Shown here in pieces: positions 39,305-54,300 of a stretch of 64,000 nucleotides of DNA; the stretch's first letter is position 1; every line of letters starts with the position of its first letter. Location of the stretch: assembly GCA_022705945.1 (NCBI GenBank), contig JAKJDL010000008.1, positions 642 to 64,641 on the forward strand. The letters run 5' to 3'. The translations under genes were made by a program, and so were the position numbers. The stretch comes from Candidatus Omnitrophota bacterium. Its GTDB lineage: Bacteria; Omnitrophota; Omnitrophia; Omnitrophales; Aquincolibacteriaceae. Below the pieces are notes generated by a model that was given only the letters and a program-made list of their open reading frames with translations, was not told the origin of the DNA and made no database searches.

Positions 39305-42300
39305 TTATGCCGATCGCGCCGTCGCGAGATACCCGGCCTGCATCCGCTCAACGAGCTGGCTCACGCCGGCCACGCGTAGAAAGCTCGCGAACTTTTGAGG
39401 CGTCATGACCGAAATGTCGGAAAGCCGTTTCACCAGTTCTTCGGGAAGCGTTTCGGCACCCCACACCATCGCCCTGAGATTCAATTCGCGGCCGCGGGCT
39501 TCCCTGCCCAGGAGTTTTCTCGCATCATCCAAGTGATCGGCCTGAAGAAGGAGGGGCCGGTTGGCTGGGGAGAGCTGGGCAAGAAAGCCGCGATCCGCTG
39601 AGCTGAGTTCGCTCTCGCTCGCGAGCACAATGATCCGCGTGCCGCTGAAGACTTTCTGGACCGCCAGAAGCGCCTTCTGATCGAACGCGAAAGATTTTGT
39701 AAGAATGAGGGCATCCATCCCTTCGACCGTCCTGAAAGCTATTTTGCGGGCATCGGCATAACGTTTTTCTTCCGGTTCCGTCACGGGAGCCGCAAGCACG
39801 TCATCCGGTGTCTCCGCGGCCTGCGCGACAGGAACCACCGCATTCACGATGAGCTTGACAGCGTTCGCGCCAAACGCATAAGGCACGAGCGACACGATGC
39901 CATCCGTAAGTTTTTCCGTGACGCCGAGGAAACCCCGCAGAGTTCCGCCGCCGAGACGGATATTCTCCGGAATGAACGTCTCCGGATCCGCAAAAACCAG
40001 CCGTGTCTGACCCGGCTCTGCCTGCGAGCGCGTCTCGGACCGGACAGGAACTGCGGATTTCTGCCGATACCGTGTTGGTTTGCCGGAAACCGGAACCGGG
40101 CGGTCAAAAGTCGCACTGTCGCCAAGGGCCATCTGAAAGTCTTTTTGAAATTTGTTCAAAGCTTTTTTCAGGCTCCCCCATGTGACCGGGTCTTTGGGAA
40201 GATTCTCCGGAATCCGGACTATCTCCTTGTAAAACCCGCGGAGGACTTTCACGGCGTCGGATTCGCGGCCATAGTTCAGAGAAGCCGACGTTACCATCGG
40301 AACAAAAACATCCCCGCACAACATGAAAAGATCTCGAAGCATGTTCGGGTCAAGCTTCCCAAACTCCTTCCATCCCGATTCCTCCATCTCAAGCAATTCA
40401 CGGTAGTCCGCACCGGCCAGCGCGCGCGGATAATCGCGCGGCAGTCGCGGATAATCCCTCGATGCTTCCTGATTCAGATAATAAAGTTTCCCGAAAAAGC
40501 CCCGGATCAGCCGACGGGACGGGTCATTCATCCCGGGATACCGGCTTTCCATTGTGTCGGTGAGAAGCCGGACAATAAAATGCACCCCCGGTGCGAGATT
40601 TTCCTCCGGCACCGGCTGGGAATAGAAGGAGCGGCCCCAAAAACCCTTTTCCGCAAGCGCTTTAAGATTCGCCTGGGAAATGTTGCCTTTGTTCTTCGCG
40701 TTTCTAGAGCCCCGTAAAACAAACGGCGCGGTTCGCCCCGGCAAGGCCTCGGAAATACTCTCTTCCAATCGGCCCCGCAAAGTTTCATCGACCGGGAGCG
40801 TCTCACCGGAAACAGTCGCGGAGGCGGAAACCTCTGCCGTTGCGGACGCTTCTTCCGGAACGATAGGGGCAGAAAGACCGACCGCCCCGCGATCAAGGAT
40901 CCTCAAAACAGAGCCCTCGAAATCCCAGAAACCGAGCGTCTTGCCCCAGGCAAGAAGGTGGACGGCCATGTCCTTCGGAATCCCGTAACGGGACGCATTC
41001 AGACGAAGGTCTTCCGCTATATCGGGAGGAACTTCTCCCTCCCAGGAGGAGACCCAACTCCGAACCGCTTTCGTGATGAACGGCTGTTGTTCCCGAATAT
41101 AATCCGCCCTGAAACTAACCGTGAGCAATGCGTTCCGGAACGGCACCCGGATTTGCGTATGCTCAAACCGGACACCGTTCTTCATTGTCAGAATAGACTG
41201 GGCATAAATCTGATTGAACATTTTCCTTGTTTGTTCGACAGATAGCTGTTCCCGGCCCGATCGCGCTTCCGCGCGTAGTGGGACAGCCGCAACGTTTGGC
41301 ACAACAATCGGCGTTTCGGCCACATCTGCTGCCGACGCGATAGCCGCATCCGATATCTCAACAGCCCCCGCACGAAGCTCCGAACGGTTCACTCCCACCG
41401 GCACCATCTGAAGGACCTGAAACCGCCATCCCGGCTGCCGGATCCCCGCCGGATCCTTACGTCTGACCACGGGTATCCCCGTTCTCCAGCCTTCTTTGAG
41501 AAGCGCGGAAAGCGTATGTTTCTTTTCGTAGACTTGCCCCAGAATAAGATCGCGAGCCTGATAGATCATCTCCGGCAAGAGACCCAGCGTTGAGATACTG
41601 CCGATCCCGAACCAAACCTTCCCCTCATCCTTATTGTAAGGAGTTTTCGCAAAATGGATCGGGATTACGACATGACGTTTTTGTTCGAGTCCGCCGGTTT
41701 CTTCTTTAAGCGTCCTGGAGATCACAATGGCCGTACCACGGCTGGCATCGTTGAAAAAAACCTCTCCTCTTTCAAAAAGATCTTTCACTGCCGGATCCCG
41801 CATGACGCTCTTGAGGGCCCGGTAAACCTCCCGGGATTCTTCCTCCGGCCCTTCCCAGTCTTTCATGTCTTCGAGAAGTTCCGGTACAAGCGCCGAGATA
41901 AAGGCCATCACGGGACGAACACCTTCCGCGCCGAAAAGCTCTATCGCCGTATCCCGTCCGATCCCGGAAACAGCCTGGAGATGCGTTTTGAGCTCTTCCG
42001 GTCCCCGGTGCTGGTAATAGGTCACCATTTTCTTCAGCCAATAGACCCTCGGCTTTTGCTGGCGCAATTGCTCTCCCGGTTCGCCGGAAACAAGCGCGCG
42101 AAGATCGTCCAGGATGAGAGATGCCAACTGCTTCCTTTTTTCTTCCGGTTTCATCTCGCCCGCGGCCCGGAGTTTCAGGATCTGAATATCGGGAGACGGC
42201 ACCCCGACCGGCAGAGTTCCCTGCGCGAGCATCCAGAAGGGATAAGGCTTCCGGTCCTCGCCCATCCCGTAGACCTCTCCCGTGATCGCATTGAGGACCT

Positions 42301-45300
42301 GATAGGTCATCGTCGCCGATTCCGGATCGGTCTGGCCCGTAAGCCATTCGAACTCTTTCTGCCCGTAAAATTGTCCCCAGGCCTTTGACTCGCCTCCGTC
42401 AATGCCGGGATATTTCGGTTCGCCCAGATTCAGCGCAACGATATACCTGTCCGCGCCTTCCTGAACGGCAAACCCCGCCAGGCTTTTATTCATGGAACCG
42501 AACCGCCGTCCGTTGGTTTCAAGATAGAAGAAGAGGTTCTGCCGAAACAGGTCGTTCTTGAAAAGCGATTCATACTCTTTGCTGCGGGAATGAATATACC
42601 CCTTCAGGACATTCCCCGATAACGTGACAACAAAGCTGTCCAGGAGCCGGAGCGCCGCAAGGTTGGCTTTCACTTTTTCCAGAAGATCCGTAGCAGCCTC
42701 CGCCCGGGACTTCAGGCGGAGCATTTCCTTATAAAGATCCGGTATCTCTCTCTCGAATCCCTCGAGATAACGGAATATCCTGGCGAAGATATCCTCCTTG
42801 CCGGCGTGATACGCCACCGAACGGTAACCGTCCGCGGCATGAGTTCGTATTCGGCGCGCGCTTTCAACAAAGGCGAGCGGTCCCGGGGGAGCGATCTCAA
42901 GCGCGTTGGGAGATTCATTTCTCCAGACGAATCCGGTATCATCGCCCGCTCTTTGGGAAAGAAACCTCAGAGCGCTTTCGGGAGAAAGCCCCGGCTTTTC
43001 CAGCAGGGCTTTTTCCTCTCCGGATTTTACGACTGTCCTCTGCCAAAGTTTTATGTGCGCCCGCGCCTGGCTTTTTTCCATATCCGCGACGGGAGAGGAC
43101 CGGAGAGCTTTCCATATGAGATCCCGACGCGACGAAGATAACCGGTAGCGTTCCCGGAGTTCGGCAAGGGCACCGGCCAGAGAATCCGCGGACGGCGGAC
43201 GCGCGTTCACGGTCTGAATCTTTCCGTCCACAACGGTATTGAGAACGAACTTGCCGTCGCCCGCCGCGGCGTATTCCACCAGAAAACCATTGGTGATCTT
43301 CCAGGCGCCGGCGTGAAGTTTTCCGGCAAGCTCCTCATAGGTAACATGCTCTTTGAAGATATTCACTTCGCGGCCGGTCGCAGATTCTGTGATTGTGAAC
43401 AGTTCCGGCTCCGCGCCGCCCCAAACGCCGATCAGGGCCGCGCCATTCGGAAGCCCCTTCATCATGCTGGTGGCCGAAGCTTCCAGGATTTCATAAGAAA
43501 GCATTACGCTCGCGGAGATCCCCTGGAAAATAACCGGCGCGACTTCAATGTTGTAGTTCTCGATCGTCGCAAATTTATCTTCAAGGCCAAGCTCCCGCAC
43601 CAAATCCTGGATCTCCAGAAACAAGCCGTGCGCATCTTTGCCGAACTCGCGCCCGCCTATGACCGCCCGGGCAGCGTTCTTCTTGTACCATTCCAGCCTT
43701 GCCGGGTCAGCCTTGAGCGCCCGGAGAACCTCGATCCATTTGTCCGGTCCCTTGTAGGAAACCTGGCGTCGCACGTTGGAAACGATCGGAGTCTTGAGAA
43801 ATTCCCGGCTAAGCGCCTGAACCCTGCGATCCGCCAAAAGCGCGGCCCATTCGTTTTCATTTTCAAGCGCGCCCCGGATACGGCGGTTGAGATCCGCCAG
43901 AAGCCGGTCGCCATAAACCTCCGTGAGCCCGAACTCTTCCCGATACGCTTTCATTGCCTGATCGAACCATGCGGGACGGTTTTGACTTTCTTTAAGCCAC
44001 AGCATCAACCGACCGGTCAAAAAGGCTTTAATGACCTCTGTTCTCTCCTTAAATTCACTCAGAAGAAGTGCCTGGGCAGGTTCGCTGAGCTTCGCAAAGA
44101 GGACCCTGTCATCCGATGCGGGGTCCATCCCGAGCTTCTTTTTATAGCTGTCGGTCAATCCCCGAAGGAGCGGTGACTGCCACTGTTCGAGCAGGACCCC
44201 GTTCGTGCTCCGGAGCCCGTCCTCGTTGTAGCTGTCCACCACATCGGCATAGCCGGGCATCACGCCGCCCGTGACGGCAGGCGTGTGTTCATACAAGGCG
44301 ACCCCGGTAACAAGGTCAAATGTCATCCCCGCCGCATCCGTGACACTGATCTTTCCGTTCCGGACGATATAGGGCCGCAGTGCCCTAGAATATCCCAGCA
44401 CCTCCAGAGAAGCCTCTTCAGGCTGATAGATCGTCGGCGTGAAGACAGAGTGGTTTATGTGATGGTGAAGCGCGTCCGGCAGAAGAGGCGTCGGCAAGCT
44501 GACAAAAACCTCATTGTCCACAAAGAGAATCTTCTTCTTGGCCACTCCTTGCTCCTGAAGTTTCAACGTCAGAAGCTCGGTAACTTTCCGGTAAACCCCC
44601 ATTTGCAGGTCGCGCCAAAGATTGGGGGCTCCATAAGGAGCATCGGGATAAACCTCGTCGAAGATCTGGACCTTCTTTCCATAATCATCAATGTAAAAAG
44701 CCTCGATATAAAAATTCGGCATACCCCCGACCGAAGTCTCGGTCGGATAAACCTTGACCCTGATCTCGCGGTCAACCGCTTCCCGGGCTTGCTGGAGTCG
44801 TTTCCTGTATAAAGCATCGCCGGTCCGGCTGATCCACTCGTCGGCTTTCGTGCGAAACTCATCGCCGGCATCCAGAGAGAAACTCAGCCGAAATCCCGGA
44901 TCTTCGGTCAGAACTTCGCGAAGATAATCCCCCAGCGTCTTTTTGCCGCTCACCACCTCTTCCGGAAGGTCTTTGGCGTAAGCCTGCCCCTTGATCTCGT
45001 CATAGATCACGTTCACGGCAAAGACATCTATGTTCTTTTTTTTCGGAGCTCCAAAATTCTTTTGCCAGGAGGGGAAAAGATCGTGCATCAGGGCTCCTAG
45101 GCCTCCGGTCATCGTAGTGGCCGCGACCAGTCCCGCGATCTCTTCGCCGAACTTCGCTTTAAGCTTTTCCAAAATATCACGCGACAACCCGGCCTCAAGC
45201 TGGCGGGAAATGACAGTATAATTCCCAAGTTCCGGGGCATTCTTCGTCGCCCAGGAGCGCATCTCGGAGCGGGAAGATCTTGAAAAAGCGACGGCGAGTA

Positions 45301-48300
45301 CAGCGGCTCCGCCGACAGGTCCGGAAAAATCGGCGAATCCCATCACCGGTGAGGCATGTTTTTTCATCAAGCCGTCCCGCCTGCTCGGCGCGTATCCCTT
45401 GTCAATCCCCGCTTCGCGGACCTCCGACCGGCCCAGGGCCGATAGGGCGCTTTCGATACGCACTAACCGGGGTTCTTCTTTCCGGGCCTTTTCAAGCTGT
45501 TCCAGAAGATAGCGCCGGGTCTCTTCATCGATCTTGGCGAGCGATCTTAAATGCTTTGTGAGTAACGCCCTGACCAAAGACTCTCTCCGTGAGGACCGGA
45601 TGGCCCGAACAACATGGTCGACCGCTTCCCTGGCAGTATAGCCGGCTTTCATCAGCTCATCCGCGGGATCTTTTTGCTTCCGTGCCCTGTGGATCGCGGA
45701 AGCCACTTCCAGGGTCCGGATCTCGGGGACCGGCTCCTCGCCAAGGACATTCATCCATCCGCTCATGTACCGGTTGCGCGCCACATCGATCCATCGCGCG
45801 TCCTGCGTCAACAGCTGATATTGCACTTCCCGCCACGCGGGACGGTCATACCGGTAAACGTCATACATTTTCATTAGCGAACTCAACCAGTAAACGGGGT
45901 TAAAAACCTTGAACCCTTCCGTCAGTTCCCCGCGGGTGACCAGCTTGTCCGCCAGTCCATCCACGTCCCGGAGATGACGCATGATCCCGTTGGCCGCAGC
46001 CTCTTTATCGCTAAGACCGCACGGTTCAAAGGTAGACGGCATATCGAACAGGTCCGAACCGCCATAGATCAAATCGTACATTTCCTCGGTCGTTTTGATG
46101 AAACTCGGCCGGAAATAAACCCGTCCGGAGAAAAGGGACGCAATTTCATTAAATCCTTTTTCGTAGCTGGAGCCCTTTTCCACGCTCCCGGCCACCACAA
46201 ACCGCACATCCGGATGAAGAATGAGCATCACGTCCAGGGCTCTCAAAGCCTCCATCCCGTGCTCTTTGGCAAATTCCCTGAGCGTCCGGGCCTGGGCTTC
46301 CGTCAGCTGGATCCGCACATCCGGATCCGCAAAAAGGTTCCGCATCGGAACCGCCTGCTCGTTGATATTGCCGGACAAACGGAACGGAGGATGCTGCGGG
46401 TTGAGACGCAGACCGTTTGGATCCCTGACCGTCCAGACTTCGGCAAGGAGCAGGTGATGTCCCTTTTGCATGTCGATCCGGTGGAGCATGGAATGCACAA
46501 AAACACGGTCCGGGTCCCCCGCCAGACCTGTCTTCTCCAGCAAAACGCGCCGGGCGACCGGCTGAAGATAATCCAGGACCACTTTCGCGAGCATCCGGCG
46601 ATCACGCTCGTGACCGATCTCCATGAAACTTTTGACAAATCTCGAGGGGTTCCTGACCACCTTCCCAAGATATTCCCGGAACCCTTCCATGCCCGGCTCC
46701 CAGTCCGGGTTTTTCAGATCTGATCGCATTTTTTCAAGCACTCGGGCATCATGAAACCAGCGGTGCAGGAAATCCCTCTGCTGGGTAACAACCTCGATAC
46801 CGTTCGGAATTCCGGTATATCGCCCAAGGCTGTCCTTGTATTGAAGCTCACCGGTCAATCCTCCGAATTCGTTCCAGTAATCATTGTCCAGGCTACGGTC
46901 GTGATACCCTTTCGATACCGTTACGGCCAGGTCCGATGTCTTGAGCGCCGTGAAGCTCGGATTGATGATTCCCCAAATCCCCGGAGCGAAAAGGACATCC
47001 CAGTCTTCCTGTGCGCTTAGTCCGAGGTCATGATAGACCATGGCATTACGCCGGCGTGTTTGTTCGTCGGTAAGGTGTTTTGTCTTCCAATCGTTGCTGA
47101 TATAAACCCAACCCTGATAATCCCGGTGAAGGTTATGGAATATCGAGGTAACGCGGGTTCGGCGAAAGTGCGGGTCCCGCTTCAGGTCTTTCAGCGCGGG
47201 AGCAATGCGGTCCCGGCCTTCCAGGTAAGCTTTCAGGTAGGCCGACGGCCAGTCATTGGTCTGGATGACATCAGGGTGGATGTTCGCCTCGCGAAGAGCA
47301 AGAAGAGCTCCGAGCGAAAGCGCCCTGGCGAATCGAAGCTTGAAGTTGTCCGCCCCGTGATACCCGCTGGGGTCTCCGGACCATCTGCCTCGCAGTCTCG
47401 GAAAAACCGTGTCGTTCATCAGCCCAAGGACCCGGACCCCCCTGATCTTGGTCTTGAAAATCATCAGGTCCTCGTACTGAACGGTTCCGCCGTTATCATA
47501 CGGAACCGGCGCCACGCGCCCTGTGTCTCTGAACCCGTATTGCTTAATCACATCCGCTTTGTTGTGGGAATAGATCGGGGCAACCAGCGTGACATTTACG
47601 CCAAGATGGGCCAACGTCAACGCCAGCTCCGAAACGGCCTTGGCCAGCCCGCCCGTTCCTTCGGTCCACAGGCTTTCGGGACTCACGAGCACCACTTCGC
47701 CGACGGAAGAACTCTGAAGAACCTTGATGGCATCTTCGCTCATTGCGGGATCGCTTTCCTGGTCTTCGACCGCCATACTGACGAGGAACTCACGGATCTC
47801 GTCCTTAAGCTCCGGTTTCAGAACCATAACGTCCCGGAAAACCATCGCGAGGTTCCCCAGATCCAGCCGGCCGCCCGAGGCGCGGATAATCCCGGAAAAT
47901 AACCGGAAAAGCGTCTTGAACTCACGATAACCGCTTTCAAACGCCCTGACGATCTCCCCGGAGACAAAACTATACCTGAACCTGTCCTCAACGCCGTAGC
48001 GGCGGTAGCGCTGAAGCGAATCCTTCAGAAGTTCACGGTAACCGGGCTCACCGGCAAGAGGTAATTTTCCCGAGATTTTCCGAAGGTGATAGATTTTTAT
48101 TTTACCGGACCGGAGAGGATCACGCGGGCCCAGCCCCAAATGCCGCATGGCATTCCCGGTCAGGATCAAAGGTTCCCCCGGATTGCGTACATTTACAGAA
48201 ATGTCCTCACTGTCATGGACCTTGATGAACTCAAACACATCTTCGGGCTGAACTAACAGGATTTTTTCTTTTTCCCCGAAAACCCGTTCCGGAATAAAGT

Positions 48301-51300
48301 TGATGTCGGCGGCAGACGGAGCGCCGGTATGTTCCAGCATGAGAAGAAACCCGTCGCCGCCAAGCTGAAGGGCATGAGCGCGCACCCGGCTATGTCCGAC
48401 ATCCAACGGAATGATGCCGCTTCCGGCTTCAACATCAAGCCGGCGGGCGGCCATCCGGTCGACCGTTTCTTGAAGCTCTTCCTCCGTCACTCCCCCCCGA
48501 ACTTCCGAGCGAAGGGAAAGACTTTCATCTTTTGCACCGACCCGTAATTCGGTACGCATGCCAGAGTTTGCGGCATCTCGATCCACGGGGTGGGGGGCGG
48601 CCGGATCGCGGGACATAAGCGGCAGGCTCCCGGCATAAACATCCCCCGTACCAAAATCCACGGTCAAAAGATCCCCTTCACGTAACTGCCCTCCCCCGAG
48701 CATCACGCTTCCGTCCCGGAGGACGTTAAGACCCTGCACGCTGACCACGGTGGGAATTTTGTCGTAGTTGGCTACCACCGCGGCATGCGAACTCAAACCT
48801 CCCTGGGAGGTTAAAAGCATGAGTCTTTTCCCGACGGTCCCGAGTATGCGATTGGCATTAATAAGGTCCGGAGTATCTTCGGGCGTCGGGAAAGCGCTGA
48901 CAAGAATCAAGGCTTCCACCCCTTTCTGCCTGGCCACGCGTTCCACCAAATCCCCCCGGAGTATTTCGGAGGATTTCAGCGCAACCATCCCCCGCAAGGC
49001 CCCCTCGTTCCCGTAGGCGACATTGCCGTGTCCTTCCGGAATCTGAGAAATTCTTTCGCGGTCCAAAAGCGGAAAGTTTTCCGTATTCCCGACCCTGTGA
49101 TCACTGCCCGTTTGGAGGAGGTACAGTTTTTTGTTTTCAACGGTGAACTCCACCATTTGGGGAACGCCAAAATATTCGGCCAGAAGATTGGTGCCCGCTT
49201 TTAACTTCTCATAAATCTCGGGGTTTATGCGCTGTAAGGATCCGATCGGCTCTGTTTTGCCGCGCCCCTGCATGAGATTCATGCCTCCCGAAGAAAAAAC
49301 AACGTCCCCGCCAAAGGACAGTTCACCCGAGTGAGGATCGTGAGACGTGGCAACCCCCGCGCCGGAATGTTCGTTCAGATCCCCAAAAACATAGGCCTGC
49401 ACGATCACAGGTGTTGACCATGCGTCTGAAATGTTTTTTTCTTTCCGATAGCGACTCGCCTTGGAGTTTCCCCAAGATTCGAAAGTCTTCTCGATCAAAA
49501 AATAAAGTTGTTGGTTCGGGTCCCGGTATAAAGTTTCAAACCTCTCTTTCACACCGTAACGCTCCATGATCCCATAGGCTTCCTGCACCATTTCAGAAAG
49601 ATCCGACTCCCGAAGCTCTCTCCATTTCAGGTTTTTACCATCCCCAAGGAACCGGTTCATCAAAGCTTCAAATTCGTCGTGAGGAACACCCAAACTCGTG
49701 GCCATTGATTCCACAAAACCGAGAAAGGCCCTGTAACCGGATTGAACTCCTCTTGTTTCCAGAACATACTCCAGAATTTCGGGAGTGAACCCCACCGCCA
49801 CGGCCGTTTCAAAAATCCCCGGCATGATAAAGACGGCTCCGGACCGGACCGCGAGAAAAAGAGGTTCGCCATCCTCTTTAAACAGAGGGGTCGGGGCCAT
49901 GCCATAGCGAACGGGGTGCCCCTTCTTCTTGGACCATTCTTCTTCGAGTCTTCGAAGGTGTTCTTGAACGGCTACCTGGAACTGCTCCGGAAATTGTTCG
50001 TAAAAACGATACCGCCCGACATAGGAGGGGATCACAAAAGCGCTCGGAACCGGAAGGCCCAAGGCGTCCATTTCCCCCAAATAGCATCCTTTTCCGCCAT
50101 AGGTCTTTCGTTTGTGCGGCTGGTGGTTAAACCGGGGATCACCGATGTGAGCGATCTCCCCGAACGGTTCCTTTGCTTTTTGCTTGATAAAGTTCCGGTG
50201 CGCCTCGGGGTTGACCGGTTTATCGGGATTCTGGTTCGCCTGGAGCTGCGCTTTGTTTTTAAGTTGTTCGAGAAGATTAATGGCGGCCACCGAGAAGAAT
50301 TTTTCTTTGCGGATCAGGGCAATGGCACGCTCATGCCTCTCATGGTCTTCGCCGTAAAGGGATTTCCCGGCCAAATGATATTGAGAAATCCATCGGGAAA
50401 ACTCCTGCTGGATTCCTCTTTGCATGACATTGATCACATCCAGAAGTTGGCTATAACTCAGCTCCGAATCATTCAGAAGGTCGGACCACTGAGCCGTGTA
50501 CCTTGTGATGAATCCGCTGTCAAACAGTTCATCGGTCAGTTCCGCCATCAGCATCAGCGCATCCCGAAAATCGGCATCGGTTTCTCCCCATTCTTGCAGA
50601 AAAGCTCCGAGCGACAAATTCAACATTTGTCCCAGAGAACGGTCAATCACATAGAGCTCATGCACAAGCCGAGGGTCATTCGCGTTTTCCAGAATTTCTG
50701 TGACCGTCCGCCGCGCGGCAATGATTTGCCTTGTCTTCTCAAAAGGAGATTGCTCATAAGCATCCACAACAAGCTGCAACGCCTTTTCCAGGGAGGGAAG
50801 CTCCTTTACGGTTTGGGTCTGAAGCCAACGTCCGAAAAGGTCGGGTCTGGAAGTCCCTTCAAAAAGGGCGACCAGAGCCTGCTCCAATTTTTTTACATTA
50901 GAATAAATTTCGTTCTCATTCCGTTCGTCATTCGTCATGGAAGCCAGCTCTGCCCGAAGCTCTCGTTCCCGATCGTGTAAAAAGATCCACTCCCGCTGGA
51001 TCGCGCTCTCGTCGCCTGTGCTCAAAAACTCCAGAAAAGCCTGGACTTTGGGGAGCACTTCGTAAGAGAAAGAAGGCCCGTGGAGGGTTTCGCGGATTTT
51101 CATTGAGAACTGGGTGTGGATCAATAATCGCTCGTCCAGGTCTTCTGCTATTCCCCATAGCACGCTATAGAGGTTAAAAAAGGTATCTGCTGCCGCCGAG
51201 TAGGGCAACGAAAGCACAAGCTCTTTAACAGGGCGTCTCAGGGGTTTTGGGGTTTTGGCAAGAAGCTGCGCAGCAAGGTGTCCGGCCTGTTCGGCAAGAT

Positions 51301-54300
51301 CGCTGGGATACTGATCATAATCGCGTGAATGGTTGAGGCGAAGCGTTTTTTTCTTTTCTCTCAAAAGGAGACTCAGCTGGAAGATCAGATCCAGGTTGGC
51401 GGTCAGGTCCCCCTGCTCCAGAATCCACCGGATCGCCGCAAATGCATCGCCCCAGGTCTTGATTCCCCGAATGTCCGGCATATCTTCCCGCGCTTCCGAG
51501 CGGATAGCCGCACCGCCGTGTGAAACGGTTTTGAGGAATTCGCCGAGAGGCATCCCGGATTCCAGGGAAAGGTTTTCCGGGAGAGCGGCGCCGGTCGCTC
51601 TCGAGATCCATCCGGCAAAAACCCTTTGGATTATAATTTTTTTCCCGGGGTGAAAACCTCCTGGCCCGGACAGCTTCCCGAGAATGTTGATCAATTGCAG
51701 GGCTGCCTTTTTCTGTTTTACGGCGTCTTGAAAAATCTCCCGGGGCGTCTCGACAAGAAGCCAGCCTTCCGGTTTGTGCGCATCTCCGCCTCCCATCGCG
51801 AAAAGGATACCGGCCTCGTGCTCTTTCTTGTCCGCTTCCGCATAATTTGCCTTCCGGGCATGAATCAGACCCGGCTTTATTTCAATACCGGACTCATCGT
51901 GAGCATGCGTGTACGTGGAAAAGCCCGCTCCCCTGAGAAGAAGGATGCTCAAGGGATTGGCTTGAAGATGCATCCTGTTCGCCCCATCCATCCGGACGCT
52001 GAAGCTGACGCTCCTGTTTTCCTCTTGCTCTTCGGCCGAAAGGGCCCTATCCGTATTCAGCTCGATCATGGCCTGCACGGGAGTTATCGTGCCCAGGCGT
52101 TTCTTAATGCGTCTCAAGATCTCCTGGCTGATTCTGAGCTGGATACTGCGGTCAAATTTATAAGGATCAATCCACTGATACCGGACAAACTCATGAAATG
52201 TTTTCCCCGCCGGCGGCTCGCTATCGGTCCCCGTAACCTCATTTGTCCCGGCATAGAAACAGAGCATCTTCCAGGCCATGAGCGCTTCGTCCGAAGAAGG
52301 ATCATCCTTGGCGATCTCAAAATAGACCCGCACGATCTCCTGCATATGTTTTTCGAGCTCCGCCTGGCCGCAGATCAAAAACTCCGTCCCTTTCTCTTCA
52401 GAAAGCTGAAACCCTTTTTCTTTTAGATAGGTAACGGCGATCCTGCGCCCTAAAAGCTCGCGAAGATTTTGAAGGTCCTTCGAGAGGCGTCTCTTCTCAT
52501 AACCCGGATCGTCCGTCAAATATTTCAACCGGAAATACATATCGATCTCGGCACCCGTCAACGACCGGACCATCCAGCGGTTGTCTTTTATCGTAACGGC
52601 TCCATGTCTGTCGTTAGAGCGGATCGATTTCATCGTTTTTTCCGAGGACGTTCCCGGGGCAAGAAGCCACTGATAAAATTTTTCGCGAGTTTCGGAACGC
52701 CGTGCTGAACTATATGGCAAAGACTCTGCCGCCGCGGAGACAAAAGCTCCGGAGGCGAAAGCCCGGACCTCGGAACGCCCTGATATCTTTTTACACATTT
52801 CAATAAGCGCTGTCGTCGACTGGTCATGACCGGTGACCTCGGCACCGGCCGGAAGCTGGGGAAGGATATTTTTGGCAAGCAATTTCCCTAGCTGAACACC
52901 CCACTGATCAAAGCTATAGACATTCCAGATCACCCCCTGGACGAAGATCTTGTGCTCATACATCGCAATAAGAGCGCCAAGAACCCTCGGCGTCAACTTC
53001 CTAAAAAGGAAAGTATTGGTGGGATGATTCCCTTCAAAGACTTTATGCGGAGCAAGCTTTTTAGCTTCTTCCGGCGTTTTTCCGTCACGAAGAAGCTGCT
53101 GATACGCCTCCTCGCGGGTCTGGCCCGACATGAGAGCCTCGGTTTGGGCGATGGCATTCGCGATTAATTTATCCTGGTGATCTCCCAACGGATAATGGCT
53201 TGAAGCCGCCAGCAAAAAGTCCGCCGGGATCAGCTTGGTCCCCTGGTGGATCAACTGGAAGAAAGCGTGCTGCCCGTTGGTGCCGGGCTCCCCCCAGATA
53301 ACAGGGCCCGTTTGCCAGCGCACGCGCTTGCCGTCCCGGGTAACGGTCTTGCCGTTGCTTTCCATATCCGCTTGCTGCAGATAGGCTGGAAGACGACGGA
53401 GCGACTGGCTGTAAGGAAGTATCGCGTAGGTTTGGGCGCCAAAAAAATTGTTGTACCAGATCCCGAAAAGCGCCAATAGCACGGGGAGATTTTCTTTCAA
53501 AGGCGCCTTCCGGAAATGTTCATCCATGTCATAGGCGCCCCGGAGAAGCTCCTCGTAATTATCATATCCGATGAAACAGGCAACCGACAATCCGACGGCA
53601 GACCAGAGAGAATAACGCCCGCCGACATAATCCCAGAAGCGGAACATGTTCCGGGTATCGATCCCGAAACCCGTGACCCTTTCTTCCGACGTTGAAACCG
53701 CCACAAAATGCCTCGCGACAAACGAGGGATCCCCGGCTTTTTCCAGAAACCACTCCTTCGCGGTCGCGGCATTCGTAAGGGTTTCCTGGGTGTCGAATTG
53801 TTTCGAGGCGATAATGAAAAGCGTCGTTTCGGGATCAAGCCCTTCCAGCGTCTCCGCAATATGCGTTCCGTCCACGTTCGAAACGAAATGCACGCGAAGA
53901 TCTGGACGCGCCTGGTAGGGCTTGAGAGCTTCCGCCGCCATCATCGGCCCGAGGTCCGAGCCTCCGATCCCTATATTCACGATATCCGTGATGGGCTTGC
54001 CCGTGTACCCCTTCCACCGGCCGGAAATGATCTTCTCGGAAAAATCCTTCATCTGCCTCCGGACTTTCCGGATCTCCGGCATCACATCACGGCCGTCCAG
54101 CATCACAGGCCGGTCTGAAAAGTTCCGGAGCGCGGTGTGAAGCACGGCCCGCCCTTCGGTCCCGTTGATCCTCGCGCCTTCAAACATCATCCGGATCGCA
54201 CGCGGCACTTCCGTTTCCTCCGCAAGCCGAAGAAACTCCTCAACAACATTGTCCGTCAAGCGGTTCTTTGAAAGATCGGCAATGATTTCTTCGCCGTTTC

